Assembly: GCA_030141605.1 (NCBI GenBank) | Contig: JAQGDQ010000251.1 | Coordinates: forward strand, 62,001 to 126,000 | Origin: Tubiluchus corallicola | Taxonomy: Eukaryota; Animalia; Priapulida | Direction: 5' to 3' | Length of the DNA: 64,000 bases | Part shown: one piece after another, positions 54,401 through 64,000 of the stretch | How the letters are laid out: each line of letters begins with the position of its first letter | How positions within the stretch are numbered: the first letter of the stretch is position 1 | Position numbers and translations under genes: made by a program | The notes under the pieces: generated by a model | What the model was told of the DNA's origin: nothing | Seen by the model: only the letters and a program-made list of their open reading frames with translations | Databases searched by the model: none

Positions 54401-57400
54401 GGTGCATTAGGAGAAGACGGCGCATTAATCAAGGTAAGCTACTTTATACTGCTGTAAATCTGTTATCTTTATTTAAATGGTCTGTTATTTAGCTGACTTA
54501 TTGTCAATTCTGAGTCTTATTCGGATTTGAGTTCTTGATTCATCATTTAAGTCTCCACACTTGTTTAATTGACGTATTTAAGTGCAGTATTCTTCTTTAG
54601 AAACAATGATTTTTTTTATAAAGATGCTCTTCTGGAGTACACCTCATATTGTTTTGTAATGAGCTAATGCCTGTCATTTCTAACTAATTTCTAACAAAAA
54701 TTAAACAAAATTGAAACGAGTCATTACTAATGTTGAATTTGTAATTTAATGCAGATAAGTCTTGATCCTTCGGGTTTGTATGTTTCAACCAGCTGCTCAG
54801 ACAAAAACATTTCCTTGTACGATTTTTTCTCTGGCGAGTGTATGGCGTCATCGCTTGGTCACTCGGAGCTTGTGACGGGTTTAAGATTCACATCTGACTG
54901 CAAGCATCTCATTTCAGTTTCTGGCGATGGGTAAGACTAAGTTATATCTTTGTGTAAATTTCAAATGGCAACATTTCATGTTCGTGTGATGCTTTGAAAT
55001 GCTATGCTTATTGGTTCAGTGCATATTGTGCTGCTGTCTATGGTGCCATGGTTCATAATTCATGATCAACAAAAATAAATAAATCAAAAATAAAACACTT
55101 GACAACCATTTACAGCTGATACACGTTGAAATGAAATGCAAACCAGGTTGACCGGATGAAACCACAGCTCACTTAACTGATTTAACACTTTATAACACAA
55201 ACCAAGAAAATAAGGTGAAATCCGAAGCTAGTCATGGTAGAACGCAACGCCTTCTGAGTCCACGAGAGCAATTTGCAAGCTCGAAAAAACTACACTAGAA
55301 ATCCTAGGCTCTGATTGGCCAACCTAAGGTCCATTTGATACTACATTCTCATGAAGCTTCTGGTTTAAATTTGCATTCCAAAACGGTTTAATCCCGATCT
55401 GCCAAAATATTTCATAGGTATGACAAATTCATAACATTACACAAAATATATAAAATCTTGAAACAAGTAAAAAATTTCCCGTATTTACGCACAAATTTTA
55501 GAGCAACCAGTAACTCTAAAATTTCCTTGCTTGAAACTGAGAAACTTATATTTATAATAGGTACATTTGATTTTTATAGGTGCATATTTGTGTGGAAAAT
55601 TAATCCGGATTTTGTGCGTAACATGCAGATTCGGTTAGCACAGCTAGGCCGTGCCTACAACAGACCACCAAATCAGTCAGAAAACAGGTAATGTTGCTAA
55701 GAAAAAATTCAATTCTGTTTATCCAGTCACAGAAAAATTCACTGAAATTATGGTATTACAACTCTTGTTTGATTAATTAAGATTCTGCAATGGCAGAAGT
55801 TACTATTTCCAGCTTCTAGCTTTTCTAGCTTTTATACTATTTGGAATACTGCATGCCAGAATCCAGCCACTACCAGCTGATGCTACTCAAGTTAGATGGT
55901 TGTGGCTCGTGGCAAACCAGACTGACCAGTGTGGGAACGGAAACGGTTCAGTCATCCATTAATTGACCAATGCAGCCTTTCCTAAAGTCAAGTTAAACCC
56001 TCACTGTAATATAAACTTTCACAACCTAAAATCTTACTCTCATTACAAATATTAAATTTACCTTAGTTTAAACTTACTGTAAAACTTGTTTCTTTTGATT
56101 TTTTATCACTTCGTTGTTAGCGGTATTAAATTTGAAGAACTGCCATTTTTCATTGTGCGAGGCGAATAACATAATGAGTACAGTGATGAGGTCACTAAAG
56201 ATCAGTAAACAAGCATTGGTAACCAGAGACACTTTCTACGCTACACACTTCATTCTCGCTGACTCGCGCCAAATCTTCGATCATAATTATGCATATAATC
56301 CGCTGCCTATTTATTTGAAATTTTACTTTTACTGCATAATGACAAACTTTTTTTGAAAAAAGTTTACATACTTTTCAGAATCTGTGTAATAATTTATTAG
56401 ATTGTGTAAACAAAAAACATCAATATTAAGAAAAGCTTTTCATGTTAGAAGAACCACTTTCTTGAGCATTCCAAACACGATCATGTCGGAAACGGAACCG
56501 GGATCTGATGACAGTTCTGATCTGGAGGAAAGGAGAAACATATCAAAAGAGTCTTTCTCAGTGCCGAGTAAAATTCCCGAGAGTTCTGAGGAGAGCCTGG
56601 AATATCGGTTTAGCATGGGACAGGTTCCCGCATGGGCTAAGAAACAGGTTCACATCTCTTATATTTTTGAAACTGACAGTTTTTTCTTTTTTCTTTGTTG
56701 AATTTAAGATCTTAATATTAAAAATAATGGAATTCAAAATTATTTATTTATTTCTTTTTACATTACATGTGCTTTCCCCATAAATGAGGTTTTTCTTTGC
56801 AGAGTTTCATAGAAGTAAAAAATATAAAAATAAAGAACATCCTAATTAATATTACATAAAAGCATGGCTGTAAAGTTTCTTTAGAGTTAAAAGTAAAATA
56901 AAATTAATTGTAACTAACGACTATTTATAAGTAATGCCCTGAGTTTCTTTTTAAATGCTTGCTTTGCCCTGACTATAAACCGTCTTGTACCAGAAAGAGC
57001 TTTTGTAGCTGGAATAAAAAGTTAATATGACTGTCTAGTAGGCCGAGAGATCATATTACATTTAAAATTTAGCTGATTATAGATGTAAGTTGTTTGTTTA
57101 GTGACTAATATTTTGTGGAGCAAGCAAACATCAGCAAATATAGCTAATTCTTTAACAAATAAAAGTTTCAAATTTAGAATGGCGTCAGATTTGTGGTCAT
57201 ATTTTTTCCGGTTCGACACGACCTTAGCTGCAAAATTTACAATCTTTTGAATTTTGCTTTAAGTCAATATCTGCAGCATTTCTATATACAGGCAAACAGT
57301 AAAGCACATGTGGAAATAAGTAAGTCTATCAATTTTGAGTTAAAGACAGTACATCCGCATTTAATTAATATTGCATTTGTTGATATAATTGGCCATGCTG

Positions 57401-60400
57401 CTTACATTGTGGAAATATATTTACGTATATTCTTGTCTGAAATGTTTAGTAAATTACTAGTTATTGTAGCGGCAACTCTTCATATTTTTTTTAGATTTCC
57501 AGTGAGCAAGTGCCTGAAAAACTAAACAGCTCGGACAGCTCGAGGTACCAGCCGCGTGGTCGCTGGGGACAACAAGCTAGTGATGCAGTCAAAGTGAAGT
57601 CAATCTGGGATGAACAAGAAGATCCCAGTTTATCAAGAAATCAGTTTCGATCCGTAACACCAGGTGTCTCACCAATACCATCTACGCCTGGATCTGTGTT
57701 GAAGCGTCGTGAGACAATCAGTGGGACACCAACTAGGTCCAGACATGTAAGCGCAGTTTAACATCTATAGTTGGTGTATAATAAATACTAGTAAAGTAAT
57801 CTCTTTGATAGTTAAATGTTTAGAAATAGTTTAGAAATGGAAGTTAAAAATGTTGTAATTCCAGAGTCTCTTTTTCAAGTCTGGCCGAGAAAAGTTTTTT
57901 CATCGTTCTCTTTTTTCATCTTAAAATATAAATAGGATTTAGCCTTTTTAGATACAGAAAATGTCAGTGATTTATTACTGTAGCTAGAAAATATAACTCT
58001 GGTGTGGTGTGAATTATACAGGGTGTCTCATAAGTCACGATACACCCTAGTTTCTAATTTTCTTTTTATATTTTAGTTCTTTCTCGGCAAACTCTTGCAT
58101 GAATCAAAACTGGGCAATTTTTTATTTATTATTGACTTGAACCCCGTTGCTATGGTGACGACAGTAATGTTCAAAATGGTGTGCAAAATCAGCCTGGACT
58201 TGGTTCTTCTATCACGAACTGAAGTTCATTGGAAATTCAGAGCACCACATGGACCACACTATTCTCTCACTATTAACAATGTAGTTTTTCAATCTTTCTC
58301 ATTAGTTGTGAGAAACTCTCAGTGCAAGATGTCTTGTCATTGGATTGGTCTCTGAAGCTATTGAGGTCCCTGAAGAAGGTAGCCGAAATAGCAAAGCCTA
58401 CTAGTGCAGTGGTTCTTTCCAAATTTTATACTAATTTGGCTAAAAAGTTGCCCATGTTTTAATTCATCCGTGCCAGTTTTCAAACATTTTGCTTTGTTTG
58501 TTGGAAAATATAGAAAATGTAATGTGTATAGTGACCCCGGGACACCCTGCATTGTAATACAGCGTTGTTTTAAAATTAGCAGAATAGGATACGTGGCTAA
58601 TAATGGCCCTTTTTAATTTCAGTTGTCGTCAGAGAGTACAGATGCAGATGACGAAGCTGTAATGAATGCAAAGAACAGACAGGTACAATTTTATTTACCT
58701 GTATATAACAGTAAAGATAATGTGCACCTTTATACGTAATCTATCAAATGTGAGAAATGCTAATCACAGTGATGTATTTGGCATTTGACACACTGCATGC
58801 TATTAATAATAAAACTGCTGAAACTTTGTTCAACTTTTTCAAATTTGAATATTTTCCAAAATTTTCATGTCTGGACCAAAAAAATCTGTTTTAGGAATGT
58901 TGATTTTCAAACAGCATAAGTTTGTATAGTGGGTTTACTTGCCTGTTTGCTTCATATGTTTGGCACGAATACAAGCTTATACATTGTGTTTGCTTGCCTG
59001 TTGCTGTGTGTGAAATGGTTTGAACATGTCACATACATTAGTTGTATTTCCTCTCTGCAGATAGCGCGCACACCAAACCGACGGAGAATATCGGACACGA
59101 ACGCTCCAACACCAAAATATTGTGACATGATCAGTGGTAACCTGCAGGCCAGCAAATTTACAGCCAAGAGTTTAATGAATCTATCTAAGTGAGTTTGTTA
59201 TCCAGACGTGATTGTGTACTATATTTTTTGCTTGTCATTCAGAAATTAGCAGCTTGCGAATTTGCTTTAAATAAATTTATGTGTTTACAGCCTAAATTTG
59301 CAACATTTTTGTCGACAGATTAAGTAAATTTTTGCTTAAATTCAGTTATTTAGAATCACGCTAAACCCTCGTTATAAGCTTTTACAACTTAAAATCCTAC
59401 TCTCATTCCAAATATTTAATTAATTTTATTATAAACTTTCTGTAAAACTTGTTTCTTTTGATTTATTATCAATTTGTTGATAGCAGTATTTTTCATTGAG
59501 TACCTTATGAGTACAGTCACAACATCACCAAAGATCGGAAAACAAGCATTGGTAATACAAGTACCTGTATTGTATTCTGTACTATGTACGTCATTCTTTT
59601 GTGGCTGTGTAGGCCTTTAAACTCAAAGGCTTATATATAAAAGTTTTCATTACAGTATTGGAAAGAAAAGCATTGACCAGACAATCACCATGGCAGAGTT
59701 GTCAAACCTTGCCAAAAGTTTGCAAGATCTGAGTAATCTCAACTTAGAGGACCTTGAGAATGACGATTCCCAAGAACCTATTGTCTTTCAACTCCCAAAT
59801 GAAGACGAGAGCGGAGAGACGTGAGTAATTAATTGGCTTCGTGCTTGGCATGGAGTGGCTTCCTTCTGGGCTTATTTTAAAATCTCACTCACATCAATTT
59901 TGTTTCTTATGCCTTTAACTTGACACTTCACTTTCTTACTCTATTTTCTAGAGGAAAATCGGAAAAAGTTTTGCTAAATTGAATCACTTGCTAATTTTGT
60001 ATCTTCCTTATATAAGAAACTATGTTGGCATTTACGAAATTATTCATCTAATAATGTGTCTATTTTTTGGAAACCTTTTGCATATTTTATTTGCTTATTT
60101 TCTTTTTGCACGATTATAGATTATCAATAACTTTCCAACAATTTGTCTGATAAAAATGAAAATGTGTTGCTGCTAATGATGTGCTTGTTTTGTAAATGTT
60201 TACAAATTAAATTATTGTATCAAAATGTCAACTGGAAGGTTAAGTGTAAGCAACAAATATTTGTTTATAGATCTTTCAAAGTCATAGAAATATCTCCAGC
60301 TGTTTTACGTGAAGCTTTAAGGCAGCAGAAGCTCCACGGAGCTCCTTTAGCAGCACAGGAAGGTAAAACTTTCTATAAATAATTTGTAATAGTTATTGAT

Positions 60401-62701
60401 TGCTGAAATAATTACTTTTGCTTGTTAAATATTACATCAAAAATGCATAAATTGAAATTAGATTATTGATTTTCAATTGCTGAAATATTTCTTATAATTA
60501 CTTAGTTAAATATTGCTTGAAAAAGCATAAATTCTAATTAGATTACATAGTCTAGCATAAATGTTTTTTATGTGTAATTCGTCACCCGCTCAAATTTAGT
60601 ATTCAGTAGCATTGCCGACTTAACATTATTTGACTTATCAATTCTATACCTGCTAGAAGAGTGAGCTATTGAACCAGTAGGGGCGTCTTAGCTATATAGA
60701 TGTATATACATCCTTTATGTGTTTATGAGATAAACGGTCAGAATTTGTATGGTAAGTGAAACTGGTGAATAAATACAAGCCATTGTTATTTATTAGGAGG
60801 AAATAATAATGTTATCACTAGTTGTGTACACATATAGCGAATCACATTATTGTTTGTATTTATTAAATTTTATTATCAGATACGCGAATCGATACAGATT
60901 CATTATCTGAGGAAGATCGGTTGACGGATGACAGCAGTAGTGTCATCACCACCGTGTCAGTGCCAAGCACTCCTTCAAAGGTCAACAAACAGTTTTTTGG
61001 TACACATCTTGAAAAGGTAGGCTGCTGTCAGTAATACCACTTTTTAATTAATCATTGGGTCATTTTGTCATATTATTCTCAGTATTTTGCAAAGAATCCG
61101 GTGCATACTTAGACTGACATGAAGTGATTTCTTCCAGCTACGATTACTTTTTTTCTTGTGTAGTGCAATTTTTTATACATTCTCAGTCAGAGCCGGTCTA
61201 TCCTACAGGTTCTTATAGGTTGCAGCCCAGGGCCCCTCAAGTTTTGGTAACATTTGGGAAAAAAATCTGTTTGGCATTGGCATTGGCCAATAGTAGCATT
61301 TCTTAAAGAATATTTTTATTGACAAACAAAAGATAAACTTTTCTAGTTTATTTAAAGAATTTGTAATAAGTTTACTTCAAGCTCCGTAAATATTTAAAGT
61401 ACATCACAAGTAAAAAATATTCAAGACGTGAGTGGGCGAGTAGAGGGTGGCTTCGTCTGAGGGAGCCCATAATTTCACTAGCCTAGGTGCCCCAAAAGGT
61501 CATAATCCCACCCTGCTTTCCGCATATTGCAAAATGGAATCCAATACTCAGAGCAGGGCTACTATATGAATGTTTATTTACTTTGGTTCTTATATATTTA
61601 TCCACCTTCTCTGATATAAAGAGCCAAAGTTTACTAATGATACCAACCTGAGCAAGTATCGAACCCAGGCAGCGGCGAGCCATTCACACATGCTTATCCA
61701 TTCGACTGTGAACTCAATCATCATCAGAGCATAAGGAAGCTGAATCCCAATAGATATTAATAGATAGATTGATGAATTATATTTTAAGCAAAGTTGACTA
61801 CAAGGAAAGAAATGTAACAGAGCCTAAACTTATTCTTACATTTCCTACCCTTTGTCCAAATTTCGTCCAAAAATTTACCAATTTTAGCTCATTGTTTTGA
61901 AAGCTATTCTTGCCTATAACAATTCAATTTATTTGTCTATTTTACACAATATAAAAAGATACAATATTTATATGAGAATAATACTGCTATAATAATTCAG
62001 ACAGGGTGGCAAAAGACCAAGAGGTCACCTAGCACCCACCCTTATTTGTGCAACATTAATTAGTATGGTTAATTATGTGACACTAGTTGCAGCTTTGTAC
62101 GAGACTCACTTAATTTGAGGAAAACAGTGCATTTAAATGACAAAATAAAAATAATAATAATAGTAATAATAACCATGCATTGAAATTAAAAAAAATTTAA
62201 TAAAGGTAGTTGGAAACAGTTCGTCCAAAAGCAGTATGATCTCCAAATACTTATCAATTCATATAATTTAACTTGTTTAGGAACATATGGATAAAGAAAA
62301 GTATATCAAGTCTGGTTATACTGATTTATCATTGTCAAAAGAGAAATTTGGAAGCTCTGTAGAATGCGTAGAAAAGGCTGTGGATGATTCTTCTGATCAC
62401 AGATTAAGCATTTCAGCTCGGTTTCTGCAAAAATCACAGAATGGAAGTGCAAAGTAAGTGTTAATCGTCTTGTAATTTTATTCATGCGCTTTCTTTATGA
62501 ATTGACTATTTTTCATTTTTGCAACATTTATGACATCTTTATAACATGCAATTATAACGGCCTTTTCTGGCGATTGCTTTTTACATTTTACTTGATGTGT
62601 TTAATATTTTTTACTAATATCATTTTTTAATTTGTAGAAAGATTGGGTATGGAGGAAGCGGTGACAGATCATATTCTCCTAAAACCACAGTTTCTGATAC
62701 G
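18305..62701 (+). CDS. MAPKBP1: MAPKBP1/WDR62-family WD40-repeat protein, 27 coding exons, 3'-truncated by window end
   Basis: The hand-spliced exons form a continuous 1170-codon frame with family motifs: [108 protein letters not shown]. Probably co-orthologous to vertebrate MAPKBP1 and WDR62. Confidence 0.95.
23581..23820. repeat. GA-rich low-complexity / (GA)n tract
   Basis: Directly visible; explains several spurious ORFs. Confidence 0.9.
29814..30011. mobile_element. PIF/Harbinger-like MITE
   Basis: Inverted termini AGGCGTATGCACA / TGTGAATACGCCT around ~200 bp of CpG-rich sequence; TSD not intact. Confidence 0.55.
32166..32290. repeat. Dispersed repeat with CCCTAA-like core, related to 38504-38740
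   Basis: Shares aatccagg, gaaataaccc, gccaaaatt and gtgac blocks with the 38.5 kb copy. Confidence 0.5.
32398..32489 (+). CDS. MAPKBP1: coding exon 2 ([31 protein letters not shown])
   Basis: Acceptor tttatag, donor gtaagt; conserved N-terminal motif of the family. Confidence 0.93.
38504..38740. repeat. Dispersed foldback repeat with cctaaccctaac motifs
   Basis: ggaaaaaagtcaca motifs are inverted against gtgacctttttcc; internal telomere-like cctaaccctaac. Confidence 0.55.
39309..39780. mobile_element. Kolobok-like MITE, family B copy 1
   Basis: Starts TTAAAG, ends ttttcttctgcTTTAA; colinear with 47710-48213 and 49224-49659 (gaaagactt, cgaatgct, acagcatgt blocks). Confidence 0.75.
43622..43742 (+). 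CDS. MAPKBP1: coding exon 3 ([40 protein letters not shown])
   Basis: Acceptor ttttcctgcag, donor gtaaat; phase 2 to 0; WD40 repeat. Confidence 0.93.
44777..44869 (+). CDS. MAPKBP1: coding exon 4 ([31 protein letters not shown])
   Basis: Acceptor ttttag, donor gtgagt; 93 nt. Confidence 0.93.
45381..45497 (+). CDS. MAPKBP1: coding exon 5 ([39 protein letters not shown])
   Basis: Acceptor tttctag, donor gtattt; 117 nt. Confidence 0.93.
45956..46054 (+). CDS. MAPKBP1: coding exon 6 ([33 protein letters not shown])
   Basis: Acceptor cacag, donor gtactg; 99 nt. Confidence 0.92.
46411..46593 (+). CDS. MAPKBP1: coding exon 7 ([18 protein letters not shown]...LLDKWVELR)
   Basis: Acceptor ttttgcag, donor gtatgt; 183 nt; lies within ORF 46318..46623. 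Confidence 0.94.
46687..46803. repeat. Small foldback element with CCTAAC/CCTAAT loop
   Basis: Inverted arms agtttacaattcccca / tggggaattgtaaact flank cctaacctaatcctaa repeats. Confidence 0.7.
47483..47643 (+). CDS. MAPKBP1: coding exon 8 ([10 protein letters not shown]...[18 protein letters not shown])
   Basis: Acceptor tttcag, donor gtaaag; 161 nt; conserved LPRPHxLG motif. Confidence 0.92.
47710..48213. mobile_element. Kolobok-like MITE, family B copy 2 (intron 8)
   Basis: Colinear similarity to 39309-39780; termini degraded. Confidence 0.7.
48263..48338 (+). CDS. MAPKBP1: coding exon 9 ([25 protein letters not shown])
   Basis: Acceptor ttgtag, donor gtaagt; 76 nt; conserved YPDT motif. 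Confidence 0.9.
49077..49190 (+). CDS. MAPKBP1: coding exon 10 ([38 protein letters not shown])
   Basis: Acceptor ctctgcag, donor gtaagt; 114 nt. Confidence 0.94.
49224..49659. mobile_element. Kolobok-like MITE, family B copy 3 (intron 10)
   Basis: TTAAAGCAGAAGAAA ... TTTCTTGTGCTTTAA termini; colinear with the other copies. Confidence 0.75.
49740..49877 (+). CDS. MAPKBP1: coding exon 11 ([29 protein letters not shown]...RNIYSS)
   Basis: Acceptor tctttcag, donor gtaagt; 138 nt. Confidence 0.94.
50743..50809 (+). CDS. MAPKBP1: coding exon 12 ([22 protein letters not shown])
   Basis: Acceptor cttttag, donor gtgagt; 67 nt. Confidence 0.9.
51075..51281 (+). CDS. MAPKBP1: coding exon 13 (..[44 protein letters not shown]..)
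   Basis: Acceptor ctag, donor gtaaaa; 207 nt; phase 1 to 1. Confidence 0.93.
51650..51789. repeat. Degenerate ~46-bp tandem repeat, 3 copies
   Basis: taagacttct...tcagttagtaaaaa-like unit repeated three times. Confidence 0.7.
51991..52187 (+). CDS. MAPKBP1: coding exon 14 ([43 protein letters not shown]..)
   Basis: Acceptor ctttatttag, donor gtatgt; 197 nt. Confidence 0.94.
53118..53236 (+). CDS. MAPKBP1: coding exon 15 ([33 protein letters not shown])
   Basis: Acceptor cttttag, donor gtacaa; 119 nt. Confidence 0.93.
53376..53568. repeat. 20-bp minisatellite (cttgtttgatcatgtgtgaa), ~10 copies
   Basis: Contiguous tandem units with no spacers. Confidence 0.9.
53978..54330. mobile_element. 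hAT-like MITE, family C copy 1
   Basis: Termini tggggccggatta / taatccaggcctg; flanks cacaccat and caaatcat (6/8 match, a degenerate 8-bp TSD). Both ends match 61188-61515 in reverse orientation. Confidence 0.65.
54358..54433 (+). CDS. MAPKBP1: coding exon 16 ([25 protein letters not shown])
   Basis: Acceptor ttgcag, donor gtaagc; 76 nt. Confidence 0.93.
54755..54930 (+). CDS. MAPKBP1: coding exon 17 ([39 protein letters not shown])
   Basis: Acceptor gcag, donor gtaaga; 176 nt. Confidence 0.94.
55580..55687 (+). CDS. MAPKBP1: coding exon 18 ([22 protein letters not shown]..)
   Basis: Acceptor tttttatag, donor gtaatg; end of the WD40 region (CIFVW). Confidence 0.92.
55994..56223. repeat. 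Dispersed repeat family D copy 1
   Basis: Colinear with 59362-59556 (taaaccctc, ctgtaaaacttgtttcttttgattt, atgagtacagt, aaacaagcattggtaa). Confidence 0.75.
56449..56647 (+). CDS. MAPKBP1: coding exon 19 ([24 protein letters not shown])
   Basis: Acceptor ttag, donor gttcac; contains a PxWAK family motif; phases match. Confidence 0.85.
57495..57746 (+). CDS. MAPKBP1: coding exon 20 ([26 protein letters not shown])
   Basis: Acceptor tttttag, donor gtaagc; 252 nt; conserved YQPRGRW motif. Confidence 0.88.
58019..58549 (+). mobile_element. Internally deleted Tc1/mariner-type element
   Basis: ~27-bp imperfect TIRs CAGGGTGTCTCATAAGTCACGATACAC / GTGTATAGTGACCCCGGGACACCCTG, with TA at the left flank. 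The internal degenerate peptide [17 protein letters not shown] resembles a mariner-type transposase N-terminal HTH. Confidence 0.7.
58623..58682 (+). CDS. MAPKBP1: coding exon 21 ([20 protein letters not shown])
   Basis: Acceptor atttcag, donor gtacaa; 60 nt, phase 0/0, so it could be skipped in frame. Confidence 0.75.
59061..59188 (+). CDS. MAPKBP1: coding exon 22 ([25 protein letters not shown])
   Basis: Acceptor ctctctgcag, donor gtgagt; 128 nt. Confidence 0.8.
59362..59556. repeat. Dispersed repeat family D copy 2
   Basis: Diverged direct copy of 55994-56223. Confidence 0.75.
59656..59820 (+). CDS. MAPKBP1: coding exon 23 ([26 protein letters not shown])
   Basis: Acceptor tacag, donor gtgagt; 165 nt; phase 2 to 2. 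Confidence 0.82.
60271..60362 (+). CDS. MAPKBP1: coding exon 24 ([30 protein letters not shown])
   Basis: Acceptor tttatag, donor gtaaaa; 92 nt. Confidence 0.82.
60880..61016 (+). CDS. MAPKBP1: coding exon 25 ([36 protein letters not shown])
   Basis: Acceptor tatcag, donor gtaggc; 137 nt. Confidence 0.8.
61188..61515. mobile_element. hAT-like MITE, family C copy 2 (inverted relative to copy 1)
   Basis: Termini cagagccggtcta / taatcccaccctg; subterminal ~50 bp at each end match the reverse complement of 53978-54330. Confidence 0.65.
61652..61710 (-). mobile_element. tRNA-derived SINE head fragment
   Basis: Minus strand has A-box-like agtcgaatggataag and B-box-like gggttcgatac at tRNA-like spacing, with no full cloverleaf. 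Confidence 0.4.
62281..62453 (+). CDS. MAPKBP1: coding exon 26 ([23 protein letters not shown]..)
   Basis: Acceptor ttgtttag, donor gtaagt; SISARFL motif typical of the family. Confidence 0.85.
62638..62701 (+). CDS. MAPKBP1: coding exon 27 ([21 protein letters not shown])
   Basis: Acceptor tttgtag, donor gtatgt; 64 nt; phase 2 to 0. Confidence 0.75.
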
Positions 62702-64000
62702 GTATGTGAAATTTTTTGCATGTACATTTTTTAATGTAGTTTTTATTATTTGCTAAGCTTTGAATATTTAATAATTTCAATATTTTTTCTATTCAATGCA
62801 CGCATCATTGTGGATAAATGGTTTTTTCTACAATTGTGTATAATTATGGTGAGTTATGTGGAAGTGTTTAAGTTGACCTTTCTACCTATTTATTTTTCCA
62901 CCAGTTATATCCCTCAGTAATTTTACTACCTATTTTGTAATGCTGCACAGCTAATATTCATCGAAAAGTCACAATTGGAGTTCTAATCGAGCAATAAAAA
63001 AGCTCTGCTTCGAACAGATTCTAAACGTGGTAGAATCTAAAAATTTCAATAGCCATAAATTACGTAATTTACACTTAAGGGTAATCTGAATTAACATAGT
63101 GCACACTTCGTTTATAATTTACTGGATTAGTTATTTTTTACATAGCATTGGTTTTTATAGTAGTTGGCTTATGCAGATGAACTTTGTCGACATAATATTT
63201 ATTCTTATTAAACTGATTAAACTGGCCTATAACACGAGAACAGAAATTTGTCCGCAGGCATCAGCCCATTTTATTTGAAACAAACAGATAAATTTTGTTC
63301 AAGTTTGAAACTCAAATTTTCAACTGGATTTGAATTTTTACCTAGCACCGCTGGCTATTTTTAAAGACGTAATTGAACACTACTGAGTGAAAAACTAGTA
63401 AACTTTCTAAACTACTCACTACCTGTTTTACTGCCTGATACGCTTGTTCTGTTTGTTTATTTAGCACTAAATTTGAAGTTTTCTCTTAACGGTCTTGTTT
63501 TTGGTGCAAATGCAGATTTTTATAGTTTGCCTTTGAACGTATATGATTTTTTTTTAACCAAATCTTATCTTTGTGATGTTTATTGCACTTTCTTCATTTT
63601 GTTTGTTCATTTTACAAAGCTCACTGTAAAACTGATCATGCATATCTTCATGGTTTTCATTTTGCAGTAATAAGGAAGTAATAAATTAAGCTGTATAACT
63701 GTGAATGTGCTGATTTACATGGATTGATCACAATATACGTCTTGATATGAATGTTTTGGGGGCAAATAATTGTCAATGTCAATTATAAATGTTCATTTAT
63801 CTTTTTAATTGCTTCGTTGGAAATAATTGTTACTACAGACTCAGAAGTTGTTGTAATCATTCTGTGCAGATTAAGTACATAAGTATCACTTTTAGTTCAG
63901 CGCTGTGATATTTTGCCTGTGTAAATCAGAATTCGCTTTAAGAAGGTTTCTTCCTGGTAATGTTAATCGTACATCAACAGGTTGCCACTTGAGAGTATTT

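Noticed and set aside
56182-56262. Box C (GTGATGA) and box D (CTGA) at snoRNA-like spacing in intron 18
   Set aside because: The terminal stem is only ~3 bp, no rRNA guide is recognisable, and box C lies in a dispersed repeat whose second copy lacks it.
61652-61710. Possible tRNA gene (A/B-box-like fragments also near 14630, 15245 and 22622)
   Set aside because: No complete cloverleaf or acceptor stem; better explained as SINE heads.

Overview
AT-rich eukaryotic DNA, most likely an invertebrate animal; the species cannot be determined. It is not prokaryotic: no operons, rRNA or CRISPR arrays. The main feature is one spliced plus-strand gene, a MAPKBP1/WDR62-family WD40-repeat protein. I traced 27 coding exons by hand from an ATG at 18305 to 62701. 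All have GT..AG boundaries with matching phases and give 3510 nt (1170 codons) without a stop; the 3' end lies beyond the window. Introns 1 (~14 kb) and 2 (~11 kb) hold candidate alternative first exons, a candidate poison exon next to a hairpin, and a cluster of CAGGTR motifs. The first ~16 kb is intergenic: microsatellites, TTAA-flanked Kolobok-like MITEs, a SINE fragment, degraded retroelement and coding relics, and a hAT MITE next to the likely promoter. I found no convincing undescribed biological system. The best leads concern isoform and splicing regulation of the gene and are inferences that need RNA data.
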